Of a stretch of 64,000 bases of DNA, positions 48,053 to 59,400 are shown one piece after another. The stretch comes from a plasmid. Made by a program: the position numbers and the translations under genes. The stretch lies in sequence record NZ_CP018188.1. One strand, given 5' to 3'. Under the pieces are notes generated by a model that ran no database searches, was not told the DNA's origin, and saw nothing but the letters and a program-made list of their open reading frames with translations. Positions within the stretch are counted from its first letter, which is position 1, and every line of letters begins with the position of its first letter.

Positions 48053-48611
48053 ATGTAGATTCTAGCAAATTAACTTAATTTTGTCAAGTTTATAACTTGC
48101 TATCGAATTTATATAATATTTTACATATTATAGTTGTTGGTTTTCAAAGTAAATTTTGATTATGAGCGACTATATGCTTTAGAAAAGCATAACAATTTGA
48201 AATATCTGTCAATTATAGTTGTTAATCTTAATAGGGAGTTGTATAATAAAAATACTTTCGAGAGGTATAACCGTTTAATCATATTATGAAGAGAAAGAAG
48301 TAGAATAACTGAAGACATTTAGATGAGTAATGAAAGCTATTGAAAGTAGCTTTATTCAGAGAGGTTCCTTATTTTCTTTTAGGTAAAAAATCTGTGGTAT
48401 CGGAACAAAATTTTAATTTTGTAAGATTGTCTAAGACTAACGTTTGAAAAGTTTATTGATGCGTTAGATGAGTAGTAAATAAACTTTTTGATTAAGTGAT
48501 AACATAATTGAGAGGTTTTTAAGTGTTTACTTCACTGTTTGAGTAGATTCATTATCTTTTGCAAATGAGTAACGGGTACTTTGTAGTATAAATATTGGGA
48601 GTTTAATTATT

Positions 48612-49436
48612 ATGGGAAGTTTATCTAGTAAATTAAAAAAAAAAATTTATAAACACTTTAAAAAAATAGTACTTGGTTTAAGTATTTGGTCATTATGGTC
48701 ACCAACGATATATCTTATATTTCAGTTAACTGGTGTTGAAAATAAAGAGTTTTTTAATTTTACATGGTTGACACCTAAAACAATCTTTCAGATTGTTTTT
48801 TTGCTCGTAATAATCTTTATTATATTTATGATGTTAGGTTTTCATGAGTCAAATTTAATGAGTAAGGATAGAAAGCCTATATCGATACCTGATAGTGAAG
48901 AAAAATTTTGGAATAAGAACTGTGTAAAGTTAGCTAGAAAGAATCCAGATTATGAGGGAAGTGTGGATTTCATGATGGATAATGATTATAAGTTCCTTTC
49001 TCAGAAGTTATTTTCTTCTATAATAGCAGTAACCACAATTCTATTTTCAACTTTACCGCAGAAAATACTTACCCCAGAGCTCAAAAATTTGTTTTTGTTA
49101 TATATATGTATTACAGGTGGAATTTATATTCTTTCATTTCTTTACCTATATTTCGCTTCTCTTAAAAAAGAAAAAAGAAGTATTTGGGAATATCTTTTCA
49201 TGTTCTACAGTATTTTGTGTAATCTCTTTGCAATTGTTTTTTTCTTAATTTTGTTTTTTGATGTATCACCTTCTGTTATTTCAAATTCTCATAAACTTAA
49301 TATAAGCTCAATTTGTTTTCGAAATATGTATTTAGGAGCTATTTTTGTAGGTTTCGTCATATTTTTCATTTCTTTTGTACTAGTGCCTTTAAGAGTACAT
49401 AAATTTAAACAGAAATGGGAGAATAAGATTCAATAG
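48612..49436 (+). CDS. Very AT-rich polytopic membrane protein (274 aa), function unknown
   Basis: About 6 TM helices, Lys-rich loops and roughly 25% GC. It is preceded by about 1.1 kb of AT-rich non-coding DNA. Confidence 0.5.
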   Translation: MGSLSSKLKKKIYKHFKKIVLGLSIWSLWSPTIYLIFQLTGVENKEFFNFTWLTPKTIFQIVFLLVIIFIIFMMLGFHESNLMSKDRKPISIPDSEEKFWNKNCVKLARKNPDYEGSVDFMMDNDYKFLSQKLFSSIIAVTTILFSTLPQKILTPELKNLFLLYICITGGIYILSFLYLYFASLKKEKRSIWEYLFMFYSILCNLFAIVFFLILFFDVSPSVISNSHKLNISSICFRNMYLGAIFVGFVIFFISFVLVPLRVHKFKQKWENKIQ

Positions 49437-49659
49437 TGCACTGACCCCAAAAAGTTAGTTAAATAATTTAAGTAAAGGATTTGGTTCTTTTCTACTATTT
49501 ATCAAGTATATCAAGGTATTTGATGAAAAATAGTTTGAGTTTCATAGTCAAACTAGGAAAATAATCTTTTTTGAACTAAAGTTTAGTGTAAAATGTGTAT
49601 ACTAAACCAACACCTTATCTGGTGTTTTTTGATAAGGCGTTACAGTAATATGGTATGAA

Positions 49660-50500
49660 CAATTTTACCGATTTTGGGTAGAAGTATAATCGTGAAGTTT
49701 GTTATGCGTTATGAGGTAATACATTGTTCTAATGAGACGATGTATAGAGGCAATCGTGTGTGGTTTGGTTGAAGTCACTTGCGGTTGTCTTTTCCGTTTC
49801 TCAGGCTAGAGAGTTTCCAGATTCATAGTGTCTGAAGTCAATGCCGATAAAATCATTGATTTGATTGGCAGAGTGAAACCGACGAATGTTACCATCTCCT
49901 CTAAAACACCTTGTCAGTGTTCAGAAAGCCTGCATAGTATTTGACCTCTTCTATCATTGGAGAGGTTTTCTTGACCGTACAATAACACGGATTAGCTAGT
50001 TTTGTAAGCTTATCTATTAAGTAAGTCATACGTTTTTCAGAGATGCGTTTTGCCGTAGACTGACGGATGATTGCTGTTAATGTGGCGTCATCCGACTCCA
50101 GTACAAAACTATTACATGGAAAAGTTATAACCAAGTTCCAATATTGTTCCCCAGTTGATGCCGACAAGATGTTTTCCAATTCGGGAAAAGTGACCTGTAA
50201 AACCTTGTGCAGACGGATTTTAGCGCAGATAATATCCTCAGTAAGATTCTGATAGAAATGGCTGAGGTCGTTTAATTCTTGATAAAGCACTTCTTGGACA
50301 TAGCTTGGGTTACGGTTGAGGATGAACTGAGACGCGCTAGTTTTTCAGCATCAATATTATCGGTTTTACGTACTCGTAAGCTATCTAGTTGTTTTGTTTG
50401 ACCTGAATGAGTTTATTGTTGTAGCATTCAATATAGTCTATAATAGCTTGTTGATAATCTTCTCTTGATAACACATCTATTAGGAATTCTTTATCGTAAT
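49660..50500 (-). pseudogene. IS110-family transposase remnant (frameshifted/truncated)
   Basis: The longest frame (49901-50290) carries a central IS110-like region (RLHKVLQVTFPELENIL). An adjacent frame carries the C-terminal family motif RFHSANQINDFIGIDFRHYESG. The reading frame is broken several times. Confidence 0.5.
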
Positions 50501-50558
50501 CTAATTGTTTTTCGAATACTGGTGTGATATATTTATGGCAAAAAACGAAAGGTAACGT

Positions 50559-51131
50559 TTGATAATGAGTTACGGTTATTTAGAAATATCGCCTAAAGCC
50601 CAAAAACTAATAGATGAGGGTAAAGCACGTATTGAAAAAGCGAATGTTGTTTGGAATCCTGGGTCAGGAAATACAGGGGTAGTTGAGTGGTGTAAATTCG
50701 TAGTAGTAGACGAAGATGAACTGAAAAATAATGACGTTAAGCTGATTGTTAGTGGTATAGCTGCTGGTGCTATAGCAACAGCGGGGATTGCTGTAGTAGT
50801 AGGTCATACTATAAAAAGAAAACAAGATGAAAGAGATCGTAAACTAAATAACTTGATTAGTTGCTTATCATTCTATACTCTAGAATTGTGTGATAATAAT
50901 GTACATCCGTCAACTGTATTAGATTTGAAAGTCGCTATAAGAGAATTTATGAGTGACAAAAAATTACTTAAAAAAGTTGATGAAACATTGTTAAAAAACT
51001 TGTCAACAACTATCAATCATTTAAATGAAGACGACAAGGACCAGATCAATGATAAAATTATTGATTTGCAAACTTATATTCAAAGTAAATCAAAAAGTAG
51101 TTCAAAATCATTCTTCAAGAAGGTGAACTAA
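50559..51131 (+). CDS. Hypothetical single-TM protein (190 aa)
   Basis: Soluble N-terminal domain, a Gly/Ala-rich TM helix (IVSGIAAGAIATAGIAVVVG) and a C-terminal Lys/Ser-rich tail. Possible TTG start. Confidence 0.5.
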   Translation: MIMSYGYLEISPKAQKLIDEGKARIEKANVVWNPGSGNTGVVEWCKFVVVDEDELKNNDVKLIVSGIAAGAIATAGIAVVVGHTIKRKQDERDRKLNNLISCLSFYTLELCDNNVHPSTVLDLKVAIREFMSDKKLLKKVDETLLKNLSTTINHLNEDDKDQINDKIIDLQTYIQSKSKSSSKSFFKKVN

Positions 51132-51135
51132 AAAG

Positions 51136-51897
51136 GTGCCAGATTATATGGAAATTTCTGAATCAAATAACATACTCCTCGGACGATTAAAAGAGCTACT
51201 GTATGATATTGAAAACTATGATTCAATGGTTTTGAATTATTCAAAAGTAAATGAGGAAATTGAATCACTAGAAAATAGGGGGCAAGAGGAACTAGATTCT
51301 TTTGACGCTAGACATCTCAACAACTTTATCGTTGAAAGTATTGGAGAAGCACCTAAAGAACTTTCTCGAGTAATCTCTAAAATGTTTAAAAAGAAGAGAC
51401 AGCAAAATTTAACAGAAATAGAGGAATATGCCAAAAAAGAGGAATTAGCTATAGAACAGTACTATAAGGTTTTTGCAGAAGAACGGGCTGAAATTCTTCG
51501 AAAAGAAAGTGAACAATTTAAGGAAGAATTGCTGGAACTGAATAAAACTCGTTCGAATCTACAGGAACTTCTAGCTGAATATGAACAACATTTTAGCAAG
51601 GTTGATTTTTTACCTGAAAAATATTTAAATAGTACTCAATTAGTTAGGATTATTAGTTATTTGGAAGACTATAGGGCTGATAATATAAAAGAAGCTATAA
51701 ATATCTTGTGTTCTGAGGAACAATTGGAGATAAAATTTAAACAACTGAACACAAGAATTGAGGACTTAGAAAAATCGCTAGATAATTTAAGAGCGGAAGT
51801 GTCTGATAACCTTAATACAGGTTTGTATAATGTTGAAGTCTCAATTTCGAATCTAGAGGACGAAATGAGTCAATTAAGATTTGATTTAAAGGATTAG
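51136..51897 (+). CDS. Hypothetical coiled-coil protein (253 aa)
   Basis: Predominantly heptad/Glu-Lys-rich sequence. It lies 4 nt after the upstream gene, so it is probably co-transcribed. Confidence 0.5.
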   Translation: MPDYMEISESNNILLGRLKELLYDIENYDSMVLNYSKVNEEIESLENRGQEELDSFDARHLNNFIVESIGEAPKELSRVISKMFKKKRQQNLTEIEEYAKKEELAIEQYYKVFAEERAEILRKESEQFKEELLELNKTRSNLQELLAEYEQHFSKVDFLPEKYLNSTQLVRIISYLEDYRADNIKEAINILCSEEQLEIKFKQLNTRIEDLEKSLDNLRAEVSDNLNTGLYNVEVSISNLEDEMSQLRFDLKD

Positions 51898-52606
51898 CTC
51901 ATTTCTATAATGGCTTCTAACACAGGAGTATTATATTAATAAATTGTTCCACTGTACTCTTAATGTTTGAACAGCGAAAAAGATATATGCAGTTTGTATA
52001 GGTTTATAATAGTATATTGCCGTGGGTAGAATTTAACATATATCTATTTCAGCCAAGAAGTACGACTGGAATAACGATTTAAAAGCAGAAAAATAACTAA
52101 TTTTACGAGATAAAAAAGCTCCTGAGAAGACCCAGGAGCATACAAAAAAGGCTGAGAACACATTCGGGGATTACCTGAAAAACAGGAGGCAGCACCTCTA
52201 CCTGAAGCGGATGAACCGCAACCTTTGAATGAGTCGTCACCGGCTCAAACTCAGTCTCAACCTTTATTTAATTTTACCAAATCTGAAGTGTTAGAGTCAA
52301 TTTATAAGATATGCTAGAATTGGATAGCCAAGAAATATTAATATAGTAAAAAAATGTAGGGGGGTTCTTCTGCATTTTTTTATATTCAAATACAGTTATT
52401 ATGTATTTATGTGTTTTAGTGACAACTTGAAGTGTGGTTAGCTATCTACTAAGGCCAAGCTTGTCAAGGTCTTCCTTATGTTTTCATTGCTTTCATGGTA
52501 TAATCAAGAGGATATTATCTTGGAAATGATACCACAAGTCTAGGTAACATCATTTTTAAAGATAGCAATTTGTAAACGAAATGGTAAATAGTAAAGGGAG
52601 ACTCAA

Positions 52607-55171
52607 ATGATTACGTCAGAAGAAATCAAAGCACGTCTGTGGAATGGAGCTACTGAGCTCCGTGGTTCAATGGACGCTAGCCGTTACAAAGACTACATGT
52701 TAGGACTCATGTTCTATAAATTCCTGAGTGACAAAACACTCAAAACCTTTGCAGAATTATCCGGGCTTTCTACTGATGTGGACGTGTTTGAGGAATATCA
52801 AAAGGCACACGAGTTATACGAAAAAGATCTGGAGAAGATGATCAGTGATAACTTAGGGTATGTGGTCAAACCTAAGTACTTGTATCAAAAATGGTTAAAT
52901 GACATGAATACAGGGCAGTTTGAAGTTCAGACGGTTACTGAAAGTCTTGGTGAATTTGAACGTAGTGTCGTGTCAACATACGAGACAGATGATTTTAATG
53001 GTCTTTTCTCAAGCTCAACGTTGGATTTGTCTGATACAGCTCTTGGTAGTGACCTGAACACACGAAGCAAGAACATTCAGGCTCTTATTCGTCTTTTTGA
53101 AGACTTGGACATGGTTGCCCTCCAAAAAAGTGATATTTTAGGAGATGCTTATGAGTACTTGATTGGGCAGTTCGCTATGGAATCTGGGAAAAAGGCTGGT
53201 GAATTCTACACCCCTCATCAGGTCAGTGAAGTCATGGCTCAGATAGTTGCGACAAATAAGTCTCTAGCCTCTATCTATGACCCAACTGTTGGTTCAGGGT
53301 CACTCCTTTTGACTGTAAAAAAACATTTATCTGAAGAGCAGCAGAAGGTTCTTAGCTACTACGGACAAGAAAAAAATACAGCGACTTACAACTTGACACG
53401 TATGAACCTCTTACTTCATGGTGTACGTCCTGAGAAGATGAGCATCAAAAACGGGGATACCCTTGCACAAGACTGGCCAGAAGATCCAGAGCGTCCAGAT
53501 GAAGGTGTACAGTTTGATGCGGTGGTTATGAACCCACCTTATTCGATTAAGAACTGGAACCGAGTCGGCTTAAAAGCTTCAGACCCACGTTTTGAAATTG
53601 CCAGTGTACTACCTCCAGATTCAAAAGGGGATTTTGCCTTCCTTCTTCATGGGCTTTACCACCTATCAACCACTGGTACAATGGCCATTGTATTACCTCA
53701 TGGGGTGCTTTTCCGTGGAGGAGCAGAAGGCGAGATTCGTCAGAAACTCATTGAAAAAAATCAGATTGATACCGTTATTGGTTTGCCAAGCAATCTATTC
53801 TCTAATACAGGGATCCCAGTATGTATCATCATTTTGAAGAAGAATCGTGACTTAAATGAGCCTGTTCTCTTTATTGATGCTTCGCATAACTTTATTAAAG
53901 TAGGGAAGCAAAATGTCCTTCAAGAAAAAGATATTGCTAAGATTGTAGATACATACAGTAATCGTACAGAAGAAGAAGGATATAGTCATTTAGCGAGTCG
54001 AAAGGAACTCATCAGCAACGAGTTTAATATGAACATTCCTCGCTATGTGACAGCTATAGACAATGAGATTGCTCACGATGTTGATGCCCATTTATACGGA
54101 GGTATTCCAAAAGAGAATATTGAGAACTTGAAGATTCTCAATCAATTAGTACCAGATGTTTTAGAACAAGCATTTACTGAAAAGCGTCCTGGCTATTTGG
54201 CTTTAAACAAAACGATTGATGAATTTTCAGACGAGGTATTATCAAGTACGGTAGTTCAAGAGACGATGATGCATGTGAAAGAAATGGTTGAAGCTTATCT
54301 GGATACCTACTGGACTCAGTTACATGAGCTTGGTAAGGAACGTAGTTCTAGACAGCTTAAAGAATCCATGTTAGCGGATATCAAACATCAGCTATCAGCC
54401 TTTGAACAACTTGACAGTTATGACGGGTATCAGATGATTGCTGAGATTTGGGCCAATAGCCTTGAACATGATTCAGAGTTTATTGAACAGTTAGGATTTT
54501 ACCAAGCTGGTCGAACACGTGAGCCCAATATGGTAAAAAAAGGTAAGAAAAAAGAACTTGTTCAAGACGGTTGGAATGGGGTTGTCGTTCCAAATAGTCT
54601 CATTGCTAGTGAACTTTATGCTAAGGAGCTAGCTGAAATTAAGGCTTTCAAATCACGTATTGCTGATATTGAAAGCGAAATGAGTGAGCTTGTAGAAAAT
54701 GCGAAGGTAGAAGATAGTGATGAGTACAATGCTCTCTTTGACTCTCTCAAAAAGAATGAAGAGGGTGAGGCTCAAGACAGTTTTGAAGGCAAGTTGATTA
54801 AAGATAGTTTGAAAGAGGCTGAAAAAGGGTCTCTTGAGTATGACCTTCTCAAGAAAGTCGATGACTTGACCAAAGAAAAATCAGCAGTCAATAAAAAGAT
54901 TAAGACCAAAGAGCAAGAGTTAAAAGAACTAGTGGCTGAACGCATTCTTCAATTGACAGATGAAGAAGTAGATCAACTCCTTTACAAAAAATGGTTTGGT
55001 TCAGTTATCGAAAGAGTGGAGAACTTAGTAGAATCCCCTCTTAAGTCTGAGATTGCAGTGGTAGATGAATTGAACAAACGCTACTCTGAAACATTAGATA
55101 GTCTAGATGATGAGATTGCTAAACTCGAAAAAGAACTGGAAGCAATGATGAAGGAATTGGTGGTGCTTTGA
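52607..55171 (+). CDS. hsdM: Type I restriction-modification N6-adenine DNA methyltransferase subunit (HsdM) with a long C-terminal coiled-coil extension
   Basis: HsdM N-terminal domain is present. SAM-binding motif IYDPTVGSGSLL and catalytic NPPY (VVMNPPYS) are present. 854 aa against the usual ~500-550. Confidence 0.9.
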   Translation: MITSEEIKARLWNGATELRGSMDASRYKDYMLGLMFYKFLSDKTLKTFAELSGLSTDVDVFEEYQKAHELYEKDLEKMISDNLGYVVKPKYLYQKWLNDMNTGQFEVQTVTESLGEFERSVVSTYETDDFNGLFSSSTLDLSDTALGSDLNTRSKNIQALIRLFEDLDMVALQKSDILGDAYEYLIGQFAMESGKKAGEFYTPHQVSEVMAQIVATNKSLASIYDPTVGSGSLLLTVKKHLSEEQQKVLSYYGQEKNTATYNLTRMNLLLHGVRPEKMSIKNGDTLAQDWPEDPERPDEGVQFDAVVMNPPYSIKNWNRVGLKASDPRFEIASVLPPDSKGDFAFLLHGLYHLSTTGTMAIVLPHGVLFRGGAEGEIRQKLIEKNQIDTVIGLPSNLFSNTGIPVCIIILKKNRDLNEPVLFIDASHNFIKVGKQNVLQEKDIAKIVDTYSNRTEEEGYSHLASRKELISNEFNMNIPRYVTAIDNEIAHDVDAHLYGGIPKENIENLKILNQLVPDVLEQAFTEKRPGYLALNKTIDEFSDEVLSSTVVQETMMHVKEMVEAYLDTYWTQLHELGKERSSRQLKESMLADIKHQLSAFEQLDSYDGYQMIAEIWANSLEHDSEFIEQLGFYQAGRTREPNMVKKGKKKELVQDGWNGVVVPNSLIASELYAKELAEIKAFKSRIADIESEMSELVENAKVEDSDEYNALFDSLKKNEEGEAQDSFEGKLIKDSLKEAEKGSLEYDLLKKVDDLTKEKSAVNKKIKTKEQELKELVAERILQLTDEEVDQLLYKKWFGSVIERVENLVESPLKSEIAVVDELNKRYSETLDSLDDEIAKLEKELEAMMKELVVL

Positions 55172-56454
55172 TGACGAACAGTAAATATGTGCCAAAGAGA
55201 CGGTTTAAAGAGTTTGAATTAGATGGTGAGTGGGAACAAGACCTCTTAGGAAATATAGCTGATTTCTCTATAAAAACGAATTCTTTTTCGCGAGAAAAAC
55301 TAACGCACGAATCTTACGAAGTTCAAAATATACATTATGGTGATATTCTAATAAAGTTTCAAAGTGTTATAGATCTAAAACGAGATAACTTGCCATCAAT
55401 AATTGATTCTAGTGTACTAGATTTTAGACAATCTCTTCTTCAAGATGGTGATGTAATTTTTGCAGACGCTGCAGAAGATTCAACTGTTGGAAAGGCAATA
55501 GAAATTAGAAATATTATGGGGAAAAATGTGGTGTCTGGATTACATACAATCGCTGCCAGACCAATACAGTTATTTGCTCCATATTATTTAGGATATTACT
55601 TAAATTCTGATTTTTATCACAAGCAGATATTACCTTTAATGCAAGGAACGAAAGTTAGTTCTATCAGTAAGTCTAATTTACAAGTGACTGAAATTAGTTT
55701 TCCAATAATTGATGAACAGAAAAAAATCGGAAAATTTTTCCAAACAATCGACTCTCTCATCACCCTCCATCAGCATAAACTTGATAAACTCAAAAATCTC
55801 AAAAAAGCCTATCTTGCTGAACTCTTCCCTGCAGAAGGAGAACGAGTACCAAAACGTCGTTTCTCAGGTTTTGAAGGGGAATGGGAAGAGGTTTTGTTAG
55901 GAAGACTAGGAAATGCTCAATCTGGTATTGGATTCCCCGATTCAGAGCAAGGAGGAAAAGTAGGAATTCCTTTTTACAAAGTATCAGATATGAATAACCA
56001 AGGGAATGAGCATGAAATGGTCTTTGCAAACAATTACGTCACAATAGAACAAATTAACCAGAGAAGTTGGAAACCAATTCAGGATGTTCCGGCGATATTT
56101 TTTGCAAAAGTTGGAGCAGCAGTTTTGTTGAATCGTAAGAGGTTATGTAGTATACCATTCCTTATGGATAACAATACTATGGCATTTTCTATTGATACTT
56201 CAAAAATTGATACAAATTTTGCTAAAACTATATTTGAAACAATTGATTTACCATCCTTGATTCAAGTCGGTGCATTACCATCATACAACGCTAGAGATGT
56301 AGAAAGCATTTTAGTATCAGTTCCCTCTCTACCAGAGCAAGAAAAAATAGGAGAATTTTTCCAAAAACTCGACAAATCTATCTCTATCCAACAACAAAAA
56401 CTCGACAAACTAAACGATTTGAAAAAGGCTTATTTGAATGAATTATTCGTGTAA
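55168..56454 (+). CDS. hsdS: Type I R-M specificity subunit (HsdS), two target-recognition domains
   Basis: Two variable TRDs are separated by conserved helical repeats (central HQHKLDKLKNLKKAYLAELF, C-terminal QQQKLDKLNDLKKAYLNELF). The start overlaps the hsdM stop. Confidence 0.85.
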   Translation: MMTNSKYVPKRRFKEFELDGEWEQDLLGNIADFSIKTNSFSREKLTHESYEVQNIHYGDILIKFQSVIDLKRDNLPSIIDSSVLDFRQSLLQDGDVIFADAAEDSTVGKAIEIRNIMGKNVVSGLHTIAARPIQLFAPYYLGYYLNSDFYHKQILPLMQGTKVSSISKSNLQVTEISFPIIDEQKKIGKFFQTIDSLITLHQHKLDKLKNLKKAYLAELFPAEGERVPKRRFSGFEGEWEEVLLGRLGNAQSGIGFPDSEQGGKVGIPFYKVSDMNNQGNEHEMVFANNYVTIEQINQRSWKPIQDVPAIFFAKVGAAVLLNRKRLCSIPFLMDNNTMAFSIDTSKIDTNFAKTIFETIDLPSLIQVGALPSYNARDVESILVSVPSLPEQEKIGEFFQKLDKSISIQQQKLDKLNDLKKAYLNELFV

Positions 56455-56486
56455 CATCAGCTAAGTTTGATATAGAAAGGACACGT

Positions 56487-59400
56487 ATGAGTAATACTCC
56501 CAAAAATACTTCAGAAAAGGCATTTCAGGAAAATTTCGTAAAAAAATTAACGAAGTTTAAGTGGCAAGCTCCTGATAAACTAAATGGTAATCTTCATAAA
56601 GTCACTGTTCAAGACCTTATTAATAACTGGCGTGATGAGTTAAATCGTATCAATGCGGACATCTTAGAGGGTGTTGCCTTGACTGATGCTGAGTTCCAGC
56701 AAGTTATGGCGAAGGTCAAACAGATATCAAATAGTTATGAAGCCGCAAAGATCCTATCAATGGAAGGTTCAACGGGTAAAATTGATGGTATCTATCGTGA
56801 CAGTCATCCAGATGTTACTAGACGACAAATCACACTAACGATTCTGAGAAAGGCTCAAGTTCGTGGTGGAGACTCTAATTATCAAATTGCGCGTGAAGTA
56901 CAGACTGACTATAATAATCGATTTGATATTGTGCTGTTAATTAATGGACTACCATTAATTAATATTGAGCAAAAACGTACGGATAAAACATTAGACGAAG
57001 CCTTTGGACAATTTAAGCGTTATTATCGAGATGGTGAATATACCAATAACTTTATGGCATTTTCACAAATGATGGTTGTGACAAGTGAGATTGAAACACG
57101 TTATTTTGCGACACCTAAAACACTCAATGATTTTAATCCTGCTTTTGTGTTCCACTGGTCACTTGTACGAAAAAGCGAAAAAGATGGTGAATTCCTAGGT
57201 CACCGTATATTGACAAATTATCAAGAAGTTATTGAACATTTCTTAAATATTCCCATGGCACATCAAATGGTTGGGGATTATTTGATAATAAATGAAGATA
57301 AACTGGAAGAAAATCGCCGTCATATGTTGATGCGACCTTATCAAGTCCACGCGTTACAAGCCATTGAAACGGCTGTTTTTGGCTCGCCAAATGATAGTAT
57401 ACCGCACGGTGGTTTTGTCTGGCATACAACTGGTTCAGGAAAGACCATCACAAGTTTTAAGACAGCTCAGGTTTTAGCCACTCGAACGGAGTATGATAAG
57501 GTAGTTTTCTTATTAGATCGACGTGATCTTGACGACCAAACTTCAGAAGCCTTCAAAGCTTATTCCGTTTATGAATCGGTTAATGTGGATGATACGAAAA
57601 GTACTTATCAACTGAGAAGACAATTGATGTCTGCTAAGAGTGGGATTGTTGTTACAACAACCTTTAAACTATATAACCTCGTTGAAAGTCTTGTTAAAGG
57701 ACAGGATGATAGCCTAAAAGAGAAGAAAATAATCTTTATTATTGATGAGGCCCATCGGACAACTATGGGTGATATGATGGCTAAAATTAAAGAGTATTTC
57801 TTTCAAAATGGTTTGTTCTTTGGTTTTACCGGGACACCTTTGTTTGATGAAAATAAGGCTAAAGGTAAAGTCAATGAACGTAGCGAGCTCATTAATACGA
57901 CTGAAAAGCTTTTTGGCCCCTTGCTCCATCAATACACTATCGATGAAGCGATTGCGGACGGTAATGTCTTAGGTTTCCATGTTGACTACATCAATACTGG
58001 TGAGTTTAGAAATTATGATGATCTCCGTGAGCAACTGATTGAGACCTTATCTGAGCAACACCCAGAAAAAGGTGAGAAAGCCATCGCACGAGAGGTCTAT
58101 CAGTGGGATGATTTGGAGGTTGAAACCAAGGCTTCTGAAGAAGGTATCTTAATCTACCAAGATGAGACTCATATTCCACGAGTAGTTGAAGAAGTGCTAG
58201 ATGGTTGGCAGGAACAGTCTCAAAACGGAGAGTTTAATGCCATCTTAACAGCTGCTTATAAAGATCGTGTAATTGCCTATTACCATGAATTTAAGAAACA
58301 AATTGCTGAGAAATTCAAGGATGGTGAAGCTAAACCCAATGTTGCCATGACATTTAGCTTTGGAAACGAGAATGATCCAGATAATATTGCTCTAGAAGTC
58401 GTTGATGAAATGTTTGAAGACTATGCAAACTTTACTGGTATTTCCTTTGTTCCTGGTAATAAGACTCATGGTGAAGCTGCCTACTTTGAAGATGTAACGG
58501 ACCGTGCGAAACGTGGGGGTAGTGGTAGAAACCCTAAGAATATCGATATTCTTATTGTTGCTGACCAATTACTAACAGGTTATGACTCAAAACGTATTAA
58601 CACCCTTTATGTTGATAGACGTCTTGAACTTCAAGGCTTGATTCAGGCTTATTCTAGAACAAATCGTGTTTTTGGTTCTTCAAAGGAATTTGGAACGATT
58701 ATTAATTTCCAATATCCAAGAATTACACAAGAGCTTGTTAGGGCTGCCCTTGAACTTTATGGTAGCGGGGGTAAGAATAGTAAAGTTATCGTTGATAAGT
58801 ATGAGGATGCTGTCGATGAACTGAATAAGCGAATGATTAATCTCATCCAAGAACTTTCAGACCCAACACGATGGATAGACCTACGTGACGATAAAGACGG
58901 CAAAAAACGATTTAAAGCAGCATTCGAAGAAGCTGCTAAACAGTTAAATGTTGTTAAACAATATTATGAATTTGTCTGGGATAATAAGCGTTTTGGCCTT
59001 GATGAGCATAAGTGGCTTCAGTATATAGGTGCCTATAGAAACCTTTTCTCTATACTTGTAGATGGAGCAGAAGAGGAAGAGATTAGAGAATTACAAGGGA
59101 GAACTAAACTTCAAGGATCTCAGGTCATTGATGCTCAGAGCATCCTAGAGTTAATTGGAAATAAGACGACTACAGAAGGTGGTTATATTGTAATCAATGA
59201 TAATAATTTGGTCTTAATTCAAGAGCAAATCCAAGAGTTGAGTAACCTTGGGGAACATGAAAAGGCTGAGTCTTTGAAACGTTTTGTTAATGAAGAATTA
59301 CGAGGTGGTCACATTCCGGCTACCAGTAATTTTGATGAAGCTTTTCAGGATTGGCAGGACAAACAACAATTCAAAGAAGTTAAATCATTTGCGTCCGAAT

